Source: Eledone cirrhosa (taxonomy: Eukaryota). From it: 64,000 nt of DNA. The position numbers and the translations under genes were made by a program. The number at the start of each line of letters is the position of its first letter. Position 1 is the stretch's first letter. The DNA lies in assembly GCA_964016885.1 (NCBI GenBank), contig OZ024741.1, positions 350,114,001 to 350,178,000 on the forward strand. The letters are read 5' to 3'. The notes beneath the pieces are model-generated. The model made no database searches, had not been told where the DNA came from, and saw only the letters and a program-made list of their open reading frames with translations. Of this stretch, positions 1-12,993 are shown one piece after another.

Positions 1-3000
1 CTGGGGTCATCTTGGAACCAGGGTCACCTGCTCAACGACCTCAGGTCACTAAACATAGATGTGGTGGCCATCAGCGAGAACAGAATCTCCGAAGCACGAG
101 CCTTCGCACCGATCTTCGGCGGCTACGATGTATACGCATCTCCCAGCCGTCCAGGATCGGGGGGGGGGGGAGGGGTTGCCGTCCTTTTTCGGAGAGACTT
201 GGATCTCGTCATACGGGCCATCTTCCTGGACCTAGAAGGTAAGTCGGTGGTGCTGGACGTGACCGGCAGCGAAGGCAAAGCTTTCAGGCAGGTAGTGGTC
301 TATGCCCCAACATGCTCAGGACGGCCAGATTTCTTCAGACGTCTGGAGACCTTTCTTGGAACGTCCCACTCTTTAGTGTTAGTGGCGACTGGAACTGTAT
401 CTTAGATGCACGCTGGGATTATGTGGGGCTAGTAGACAGGGCAGGAGGGTGTAAAAGCCTCAACAACCTGCTCAGACGTTTTGAACTGGCTGACAGGTAT
501 AGACTGGATTATCCGAATGTGCCAATGTGGACATGGGCAAACCGCATCGAGTCATCCAGATCGTATTTAGATAGGGTATTACGTAGGGAAACAGATAAGG
601 CTAGTGTAGGTTGTCCACAATTTAAAGTAGTCGACTACACGGACCACAAATGCCTGACCTGTGAAGTTGACTTAGATAGACTCCATAGGCAAGGGCCCGG
701 TTACTGGAAACTGAACGCGTCTTTCCCGGCGGGAAAATCTTACAGAGACCGGATTAGCGAATTAGTTAAGCTTGCGTTGACGGGTACGATCGTCAACAAC
801 AGGTGGTCGTTTAACCTAAAAAGGGCTATTAGAGTAGAATCGATAAGGTTTAGCAAGGGAGTAGTGATAGAGGAAAATAGAGTAGAGGAAGAGTTAGTTA
901 GAAAGCTAGAAGAGGCGTTTAGGACAGGCATCGCAACCGACGTGCTTGCGGCAAGATTGGCACTCGACCAATTCTTCAACGCAAAGCATGAAAGCTGCGT
1001 TGTCAGAGCTAGAGCGCGTGCTCTAAGACATGGGGGGGGGACGAAAGCCGTTCAATGGGCCCGGGTGGTGGAGGCGTGACGTGGCAACAAGTCCACAATT
1101 CGGTCTTTGCCTGATTAAAACGGGTGCATGTTGCTCGAACCCGAGCAGATGTGTGCGGATTTTCAACAGCACTTTGCTCAATTGTTCGGGAGAGGCGGCG
1201 GGCCGGATCGGAGTATGGACTTCGGTGCATACCTCGACGGACTGCCGCGGCTCTCGACGAGAGCGATAACAGCAGATGAAATACGGGAAGCGATGTCTGA
1301 CTGCACGTGGGGTAAATCACCAGCTTTGGATGGCCTGCCCTACGAGCTTTATGCGTATATGCCAGACTTGTTCGGCGACCTCTTGGCAGATGTCTACTGC
1401 AACTGGGAATGCTCCCGTTCTGCAGAACGGGAGCATTCCCAGTTTTGTGAGCCGGGGAGCGGTGGCGCTGCTAAGAAAAGACCCGAACAAGACGTTATAG
1501 ACAACTTCAGGCCCATAACTCTGCTAAACGCAGAGTTTAAGATTTTGGCCAAGGTGTTAGCAAAGAGATTGGCGCTTGTTGTCGGTGATCTGGTGGGAGA
1601 GGCACAGACATGAGCCATTCCGGACAGATCCATCCATGACAACCTCCATCTCATGCGATACATCATAGAGAGGGTGGTTAAGGAACATGGCACAGGTGGG
1701 ACCCTGGTCAACTCCTGAACAATCTAAAGCATTTGGAAGGGACAGGCTCCCATGGTCAGACGATCCATTTGCTGTCAACACCCGTTGCGTGGAGGACTAG
1801 GCATGCCGTGGCTGATGATGCGCAAACATGCGCTGAGGCTGTGACATCTCTGGTGCTTCCTTGGCGGTGAACAGGTGTGGTCGCCGTTTGCCAGACGCGT
1901 TTTGCCCCAGCTCGTCTCCTTGACGGAGCTGCAGTCCTGGATCAGGAAAAGACCGAGGGATAGCGCTTGGAAGCTGGAATGTCTCCAAGCGCTCACCGCC
2001 CTCTACCAGTTCGGCACTTGTATCGGTGGAACATCCACCTCGGCGTTCTATAGCGGGCTAGTGGAGGAAAAGAGCGACCCTGGGCGTTGAAGACAATCAG
2101 ATGTTCGCTCTCTTCAAAAGAACTTTCAGCCCAAGGCCTATGGACAACTTCCAGAAATCCCTGGCCTTTCAGTGCTACCAGAGAGCATTGCCGGTTCGGG
2201 ATAAACTCTACAGGGACGGAGGTGCTGTCAGCCGAGCCTGTCCAATATGCGCGCAGGGCGACGAAACCATCCTGCACGCACTCGTTCAGTGCCCGAGGAT
2301 TGCTGATTTGTGGAGCTATGTCGAACAGCTGCTGTCGCGTGTAGGATCCGGTTATCGACTGAGTCCATTGTGCAGATAGCCCCGCCATCCTCCTTTAAAG
2401 AGGAGGAAGGGCAGGCTGTTTTCATCGGCCTGGTGGTCATGGCGAAAGAGATTTTGTGGTGGACAAGGTTGAAAGGGTTGAAGACGGATATTTTCCTCTC
2501 CGGCCAATACCTGATTAACTTTTTCAAGTTTCACTTGAAGAGGAAAATCAGGGTGGAGAGGCAAGTGCTGTCTTCTAGTAAGTTTGTTGAAAGGTGGGTG
2601 AAAGTGGCGAGTCTGGTCCGAGTGAACGGGCCCGCTCTGAGTATGCGCCTGTAGACTGAAGAGTGGGAAAACTGAGAGAGGGTGCTTGCCCTGGAGGTCA
2701 GGGTGGCCGTGGTCTTTTGTGTGGTTTTCGCCACGAATGACCCTCGAAGGTTTCCCTCTTTTGAGGGAATTTTTGTTGTTTGAATTTTTGTTGATTTCTA
2801 TCCCGATTTCTATCTTGTTATAACCTGTTTTCACGCCCAAAACCCACTTTGTATCGTCCAGTACTGTTCTGTGCCGTCTGTAATGTTTTTCTTCATGCTA
2901 GCCCTTGTGTGTTTCTTTTTTTTTTTTTTTGTTACATCCTCTGTTTTTGATTTTTTCACGCAGAAATGCCCATTTGTACCGTCCTGTATTGTCTTGTACT

Positions 3001-3060
3001 GTCCTTAATGTTTTATTTTGTGTCAACCCTTGTGGTTAATAAAGAAAGCATTGTTATTAT
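1..3060 (+). mobile_element. L1/Tx1-clade non-LTR retrotransposon, decayed ORF2 plus 3' UTR and (ATT)n tail
   Basis: APE endonuclease motifs (VAISE, VYAP, GDWN, SYLDR, TDH) at 61-700; RT N-terminus (KSPALDGLP, NFRPITLLNAEFKILAKVL) at 1300-1730; C-terminal CCHC zf-RVT (CPICAQGDETILHALVQC) near 2240-2290; stop at 2654; AATAAA then ATT repeats near 3038-3060. Multiple frameshifts and stops. Confidence 0.93.
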
Positions 3061-4090
3061 TGAATGTAGCGAGAATGGTCCGATTGAACGGGTCCGCTCT
3101 GAATATACGCTTGTAGTTTGAGGAATGGAAAAATTGAGAGAGGGCGCTTGCCCTGGTGGTCAGGGTAGTCGTGGTCTTTTGTGTGGTTTTCGCTACGAGT
3201 AACCCTCGGAGTTTTCCCCCCTATTGGGGAATTTTTCATTGTTTGAATATTCATTTTTATTGTTTATATATATATATATATGTTTCTATATCTTTTTCTT
3301 TTTCGTTTCTTATATACGACATTCAACTTAGGGAACAGGTGGTAGTCACTGGGTGCCAAATCCGGACTATAGGGTGGGTGAATGAAATTCGCGGGAAGAA
3401 TCAACTCGTTGCCGTTTGTGGTCTTCTGTCATTCGTGGCACCCATCTTGCGCACACCTTCCGATATTGCAACTTTTCCGTTAAAATCCTGTGGATTGTGC
3501 TTCGGGAAACCTCGGGAACCAAAATGCAGAGAGCATCCAGAGTGATCCGCCGATCTTTACGCTTGTTTTCCTCAACCTTTGCGACTGTCTCGTCGGAAAT
3601 TGACGGTCTCCCGCTCCTTTGTTCGTCGTGAATTTCAATTTCAGTACGACCGGCTGTAAACTCTCTACACCACTTGCGAACGTTTTTGACATCCATGCAT
3701 GACTGTCCATACACTTCCGTCAATTGGCGATGAATTTCAATCAGTTCAACGCCTTTTGCGTTCAAAAACCGAATAACTGCGCGAACTTCGCACTTGGCGG
3801 TAGCGTTCAATGGGAGCTCTATTCTCAACGGCTGCCAAGCCAAGATTGAGCATCCCAGCGAAGCGCGCGCATGCTTGTTTGGGAGTGAAGGAAGCAGTGT
3901 TGCCAACAGCCGTACGAACAGTTTCTCTGCGTCCCCATTGCTTTGGAGACCTTACCCTCGTAAATAATAAAAATCTTTACACGCACAAAACCCACATCGT
4001 ACCGTCCTGTACCGTCCTGCGCCGTCAGTAATGTTTTTCTTTTCTTGATGTCAGCCCTTGTGGCCAATAAAGAAATCATTATTATTAATG
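3061..4090 (+). mobile_element. 5'-truncated Tx1 3'-end copy 2, interrupted by a mariner
   Basis: 3061-3310 resembles 2600-2820 (last codons plus 3' UTR); the UTR resumes at about 3963 (cacgcacaaaacccac...gcccttgtggccaataaagaaatcattattatt). Confidence 0.85.
3317..3960 (-). mobile_element. Internally deleted mariner (Tc1/mariner) transposon
   Basis: N-terminal HTH (EVRAVIRFL, IHRQLTEVYG, RSGRP, WVPR) in ORF 3367-3906; PPYSPDLAPSDYHLFPKL at about 3325-3380 joined directly after the linker, so most of the catalytic domain is deleted; TA-CGAGGG terminus at 3954-3962 and TA-CGA at 3315-3319. Confidence 0.9.
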
Positions 4091-4366
4091 GGCCTACTCT
4101 GAGTATGTGTCTGTAAATTAAAGGTGGAAAACTGGGAGTGGGCACTTGCCCTGGTGGTCAGGGTCACTGTGGCTTTTTAATGGGCTTTCTCCACGAATGT
4201 CCCTCGGAAGTCTCCCCCCTATTGGGGAATTTTTTTCATTGTTCTATTATTACATCCTCTGTTTCTTGTTTTTTACACGCAGAAATGCCCATTTGTACCG
4301 CCCTGTATTGTCCTGTACTGTCCTTAATGTCTACTTTATGTAAACCCTTGTGGTTAATAAAGAAAG

Positions 4367-4433
<67 letters not shown>
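4088..4433 (+). mobile_element. 5'-truncated Tx1 3'-end copy 3 with long (ATT)n tail
   Basis: gggcctactctgagtatgtgtctgtaa matches the ORF end at 2628-2654; UTR blocks match 2930-3050; (ATT)n at 4368-4433. Confidence 0.88.
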
Positions 4434-4434
<1 letters not shown>

Positions 4435-5215
4435 GTAACGCCTTTGTTCTGGCAGATGTTGTACCGACACTATACCAAAAGAGCGAGCCATAACCAATGG
4501 CCAGATGTCCTTTGAGCCATTCCTTCTCCTTCAACTTTCCAATACCCTTCTTAGAATTCTTGCAGTTCCTAACAAGGCTATTTTCTGCAACAATCCTGTC
4601 CCGGTGGTAATTCCTAGCTTCTCAAGCCATGCATCCAACCTTCTACTAACTGCTCCCAGTGCGACAGCCACAATTGGTACCACTTCTACGTGTCTGATTC
4701 TCCATAGTTACCTGATTTCTCTCTTCAGCTCCTCGTATTTCTCAACTTTATCACTTTCCTTCTCATTCACCCTGTGGTCCCATAATGAAGCCATATCCAC
4801 AATACATGCCTTGTTATTATTCTTTTCTGCGACAACAACGTCAGGCTTTCTAGCCATGATAAAATGGTCGCACTAGATGGTCGTGACCTACAAGATCTTA
4901 TACTGTTCAATTTCAGGCACCCTTTCTGGTTGGTGCTCATATCATGTCTCACTTCTGCTCATGTCATACTTATGACAGAGCTTCCAATGAACCAATCTGG
5001 CAATGTTGTGCCTTCTCTTCTACTCTTTCTGAATAAGCATCTTACATTCACTAATAATGTGGTTTATTGTTTCACCTTTCTCACCACACAGCCTACAAAG
5101 TGGGGAATTCACTGACTTGTCAATATTGAACTTAATATAGTTCGTTCTCAGTGCCTGTTCTTAGGCTGCTAAAGTAAGGGCCTCAGTTTCAACTTTTGAG
5201 TCACTTTTCCAAGAT
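4434..5215 (-). mobile_element. R4/Dong-clade non-LTR retrotransposon 3' fragment (RLE endonuclease)
   Basis: Minus-strand translation gives CRLCGEKGETINHIISEC (CCHC), ARKPDVVV...IVD (PD..D), KVEKYEELK and LLQKIALLGTARILRRVL; the 3' end abuts (TAA)n. Confidence 0.9.
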
Positions 5216-5928
5216 GTTTTACGAGCAATGCCTTTTCATGTATGTTTTTAATGGCAAATGTAGGGACAATAGTTAAGTGTCAATTTATACAATAATGTAT
5301 AAGAACGTTTGTTAGTCATAACAATGATGCCTGCATGGAACATGGTGTGGATTTAAATATATATTTGCCTATGTGTATACATACACACACTCTCACACAC
5401 GCGTGGAAGAAAGGCAAAGTAAACCTCAATGGGATTTGAGCAGAATGTAAAGAGCCAGAACAAATACCGCAATAGTATTTTATCTGACTCTCTACCAATT
5501 TTACCATTCTGTCGCCTTTTTATTCTATTATATTGACAATAGAAATGGTTAAATCCCACGAGATTTTGCAGATGCTGTCTACAGTTTTTTATGAATACTT
5601 TGAAACTGCCATTTCTGACAGTTCTGTCAATAGAAGCTGGTAAAATTTTTAGTGAATTAAAGTCTGCTTGAAACTGACTTGTTGTTCTTACTTCACTTTC
5701 AAGGACCTGTACCACATGAAACTTCATTAGCAAAACATTTTTGAAAAGAACAGAACACTACTACCACCATCACCACTGTCGCCAATACCGCTACTATTAA
5801 CACCACGTACCAAAAGCATCACTAGCCGCAATGTGTGTTGGACCGCCGTTGGTTCCGATGGCGAGTATTCCAGTTGTTTGATCAACGGAAGGACTTCATT
5901 AAGAAATTAATAGCAGAAAAACCACCCA

Positions 5929-6496
5929 TCGGGTGATTTTCTGCTAGCATGTGTAGTGTGTACATTGATATTATACGCAAGTATATATGCATGTAGAATA
6001 TGATACATCAAATAAAATCGTAATTGATAATATACACAGAAATTGAAGACTGCGTTACACTCTCTTATGTAATCAGTAACGTAATCCATGAAACATTAAA
6101 AAAAGACGATATTATATATAAACTGCATTAGGAGAAAATTAGTGACGGAAATATATGAAAGTTTATTTAAGCGATCGCTAACTGGAAGTGTTGACATTTG
6201 AAAATGTTAAAGAAATGAATCTTTAAATAAGCAATAAAATATATTTAATCAACAGCTACGAAATTTAGTAGATAAATTATGTAATATTCATTCATTATTT
6301 ATTCAAAGTTAACTTTGCCTTTCATCCTTACGGGGTCGATAAAATAAAGTACCAGTAATCTACTGGGTAATCGCTGGCCTTGTGCCAATGGTAGAAACAA
6401 TTATTTATTCAAGGTAATCCAACTTATTTTACTAACTGGATTAAAAGAAACAAACCGTACGCTGTCCCGCACTCCTTACTTTATTATAGTTTAGAT
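5929..6496. repeat. Unclassified dispersed repeat, copy 1 (paralog at 18982-20247)
   Basis: Colinear similarity from tcgggtgattttctgctagc to ctccttactttattatagtttagat. Confidence 0.85.
6307..6402 (+). mobile_element. 5'-truncated SINE family A with about 16-bp TSD
   Basis: gttaactttgcctttcatccttacggggtcgataaaataaagtaccag core; TSD attatttattcaa(a/g)gt at 6294-6309 and 6400-6415; empty site visible near 20151. Confidence 0.88.
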
Positions 6497-6699
6497 TATT
6501 AGTGTACCATTAACGTAAAACTCAATGAGATTCAGCGCGTCATAGTGTGTGACATGACTGACTCCTTTAAATTTTGGCAAACAAGTGCACTAGGGCAACA
6601 TGAAAATGACAGTGTCATGCTCGGTGATAGAACGCACCGCCGTAAATCGAACTGAAAGTTCCGCAGACACGTGTACCCTTAACTTAAATATCAGGGAGA

Positions 6700-6880
6700 T
6701 CCAGCATAAGACAGTGTGTGTTATGGTTAGCTTCTTTGAATTAATAACTCATTTTAGGGAGACGAGTGAAGTAAAGCAACATGAAAAATACCGTCTTGCT
6801 CGATGACACAACGTGCCGCCGTGAATCGAACTTACGATCCTCAATCGAACACACTAACCACTAGCTACGTACCTTCACAC
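6700..6880 (-). mobile_element. Diverged tRNA-derived SINE family B
   Basis: Minus strand: tagtggttag A-box, gttcgattc B-box, gagcaagac CORE-like block. Confidence 0.6.
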
Positions 6881-7384
6881 TATCGGCAATAGATAAACAT
6901 ATACATAGATAAATAGACTAAAGAAAGAAATAAAAGTTAACCTACATACATCCAGCCTTATAGTTTGGCTGTCTGATGTTGCAATTGATGTAGAGTCTAT
7001 GAGCTGTACCGGCAACCTTTGATCTTCCCTCTCTAGCCGTTTGAAGCTATAACACCTGGAAAAACTCCAACGTAAACCTTACCTTATCTTACTTTACCTT
7101 GCCTTACCCTAATCTCACAACCACCACCACCATCACCGCCCCCGCCACTGTTCATGGCGGCGGCGACGGCGGTGGTGGTGGTGGTGGTGGTTTATGAAGA
7201 TGGTAGTGGTGGAAAGAAAGAAGGGAGGGGGTGGATGTTGATGTGCCAAACGTTTTTCTCAGGAAACTGCCAAAACAATATAAAAAGAACGACTAGAGGG
7301 GGTGGCTTGTGGTGAAGTGGGAATGGCACGAATATGATGGGTAGGTTAGGATATAGAGGAAGGAGGAGAAGGAGGGGGGGGGGA

Positions 7385-7385
<1 letters not shown>

Positions 7386-7415
<30 letters not shown>

Positions 7416-7534
7416 AAGAAGAAGAAGAAGAAGAAGAAGAAGAAGAAGAAGAAGAAGAAGAAGAAGAAGAAGAAGAAGAAGAAGAAGAAGAAGAAGAAGA
7501 AGAAGAAGAAGAAGAAGAAGAAGAAGAAGAAGAA
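7386..7534. repeat. (GAA)n microsatellite, about 50 units
   Basis: Direct reading. Confidence 0.99.
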
Positions 7535-7599
7535 TGCAATTGAATAGAAACGGAGGTAAATGACTTAATTGAATAAAGAAATATTTTTAAAATAAAGAT

Positions 7600-8520
7600 G
7601 ATAACACTGAAGCAACATCTTCAACAGAAGAAAAAAGTCAGCAGCCATCTTGCCCAGGTTTTATGAGCATGAAAATAATAATATTGTTAGGATAACCACT
7701 GATCTAGAAGAGAGACATGAAATAAAAGCTGATACAAATCTCTCTTTCGAGAAGACTCTACTCGATGCTCGAACAAAATATTTTTTTTAATGGATTAATT
7801 CACTAAGAAGGACAAACACAGACCATAGAAGGGAAAAAGCATACTAAAAACCTGATATGGAGTTCTGTCAAATTCATAACATCCCACTGTGAAGAATATC
7901 TCCATGCAATCCAGGAAAAACAACTATCTACTGCACAAAGAGAAATGTCATTAGTTAACAATAAATGTAGGTTGTGTAAAACAAAAACCGGAGATGTTAG
8001 TCACATTATTGCTAAGTATGAAAGAATGTCTTCTTGTTACTACCTCTCCATGAGGCGTGATGTGATAGCTAGAACGATCTGGAATGCATTACGGGAGACG
8101 AAAATAAAATCAAATAGAGAGGAATACATTGAAACTGATGGCTTAAAGTAATACTAGTTGAACCTAAAAATAGAAACTGACACCAAATTAAAGCACAACT
8201 GACTTGATATTGTTGTTTGGGACCACACATTAAAAACATACTCTGCTGTAGAGGTCAGCTGCCCACTTGGTGTCAATGTGGAAAAATAAATGCAAGAGAA
8301 GTAGGAATCTACGGAGCATTGATGAGGTGTTTGCAGATCCGATATCCAATACATGCGTTCAGGTTCATACACATCATTATTGGAGCTACAAGTTATATAC
8401 CAACGCGAAAGCTTGAATTTATGAAGCGAGAACGTTGCTCCTTAATTCATAAGCTACAAATGTCCGCGATATCTGGAACCAATATTTGAAAAGCATTCTT
8501 GCAATTCAAAGAATGAACGC
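7600..8520 (+). mobile_element. Decayed R4/Dong-like RLE retrotransposon 3' fragment
   Basis: CRLCKTKTGDVSHII (CCHC-like), RRDVIARTIW, DIVVWDH...VEVSCP, IIIGATSYIP; many stops. Confidence 0.8.
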
Positions 8521-8682
8521 TAACAAGATACGACGACAATTTCTTTTCTTTACAACATTGCTACCGAGAAGATGGCCGGTCAAAAATAAACTCAAAATTA
8601 AGAGAGAGAACATGCATATATACATAGTCACACACATATATGCACACATACGCACGCATACATATATACACACACACACACA

Positions 8683-11076
<2,394 letters not shown>

Positions 11077-11079
<3 letters not shown>

Positions 11080-11280
11080 GTTCCTATATATGGCACAAGG
11101 CCAGCAATTTTGAAAGGAACTAGAAATCGATCAAATCTAACCTCGTGCGTTATGGGTTCTTTCTTTTATTGACCTCATAAGGATGAAAGCAAAGCTAACC
11201 ACGGTAGGATTTGAACTCAGCATGTTAAGGGTTGTAACTATATACCGCAAAGCCTGAGGTCTCGACTTCTTATACTGCCA
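11077..11280 (-). mobile_element. SINE family A, diverged
   Basis: ggcacaaggccagcaatt...aggatgaaag...ggatttgaactcag. Confidence 0.75.
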
Positions 11281-11922
11281 AATTGATACAGAAGAGTAAT
11301 GTTTTATTTCTCATATTCGGTTTTGTTTTTGGTTTTGTTTTATTTTGTTTTAATTTCTTGCATAAAACATGAAATGACAAGACCTCGCTTAATAAAAGAA
11401 AGAAGATGGGGGTCAAATTCAAACACCACATATTAGTAGAATAAGAAAAGAGCTCCACCTAATTAGTGGGTGACCAAATAAGTGTGAATATACGGTGGCG
11501 ATTTACAGTGTTATTTCACTTTATTGGTTTTTAACTTGAGATTTTCGGCCATTGAAAATCTAATCCAATTATTACTTTTGAAAGATTATGTTGCTGCTAC
11601 AACGATTAATTTATCATTTGAGCTGCTATCGGATTTCACAATGTCACAATAACACAGACCTTAAAAAGTATTGTACAGCATTAAAACTAACAGTTGACTT
11701 ATTTATTCATTTATTACATTCTATTTTATTTTCAAACACCGTCTCATTGGGGAATTTTTTCTTTGCTATATATATGTGCGTGGGGGTGCGGGGGTACGGG
11801 TGTGTGTGTGTGCGTATGTGTGTGTGCGTGTGTCTGCAAAAGTAGTAAGAAAAATAACAAAACAAATGGCACAGTACATGGAAGAAATATGGTAGTTTAA
11901 CGCTTGAACTAGCAGGAAGAGA

Positions 11923-11960
11923 GCCTCAACGTTTCGGACATTAGTCCTTCATCGGAAGAC
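11923..11960 (-). ncRNA. Minimal hammerhead-like motif (U4C core variant)
   Basis: GUCUU-CCGAUGA-a-GGAC-uaau-GUCC-GAAAC-GUU-GAGGC; stem III reduced to the AACGUU palindrome. Confidence 0.65.
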
Positions 11961-12582
11961 AGATTTAGAAATAGAAGATAAATAGAGTGTAAAGAGTGAT
12001 GAGAGGAAGGAATAGAGAAAATGAGAAAAAAAAATTTGGGAGAAAAAAACATACACATTTGGGAGAAAAAAACATACACATTCAGTTGGCTGGCAAACGG
12101 AGAGAAAGAAAATCTTATTTGCCTCTAATATACGGAACATCTCAATGAAAAGTTAACTAAAAATATCAAATCAGAGAAGCATTTAAACATAGTTTAACTT
12201 ATGCCAAAGTCTTCATTGGGTGAGGGAGTATAAGCTAGACAAACTAATATAAGAGGGTTTCGATCGTATCTGCAGTTTCTCGAAAGAGGGAACAACATTA
12301 ATTATCCTAATAAATTAAGACACAATATTGGAAGAAAATTAGAAGATGGATTCTTTGGAAGTAGAAAGCAATATTCAGAATATGTTAAACGGACTTTGTC
12401 CTTATCGAAACAGCCCGGTGTATCCGATAACACACGGGCGTAGTTCGACTACTTTTTGCATCAGTCTGTTAGTGGAGGTTGATATAGTTGCATTCAACTC
12501 TCCTCACAAAGGATGTGTTCCGTCGTTTTAAATGACCAAGATACGCCATATATCACTACAACGGCACCAAGAATTGTGGGTC

Positions 12583-12725
12583 TATACATACATACATAAC
12601 ATACATACATACATACATACATACATACATACATACATGCATGCATGCATGCATTCATACATACATACATACATACATACATACATACATACATACATAC
12701 ATACATACATACATACATACATACA
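12583..12725. repeat. (CATA)n tract, the RTE tail or target
   Basis: Direct reading; abuts the RTE 3' end. Confidence 0.97.
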
Positions 12726-12915
12726 TGATGGCTGCCCCCTCGTTATCGAGTATGGCCATTGCACGAGAAGAATAAAAAAAAATTTTTTTTTTTAAAATAA
12801 ATAAAAGAAAATAAAAGAAAATAATAATAGTAATAATAATAATAATGATAAATAAATTTAAAAAAAAAAAGAAATATATATATATATACATACATACATA
12901 TATACATACACACAT

Positions 12916-12993
<78 letters not shown>

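Noticed and set aside
5353-5733. 126-aa ORF as a host exon
   Set aside because: Runs through a SINE A fragment; no recognisable domain or splice support.
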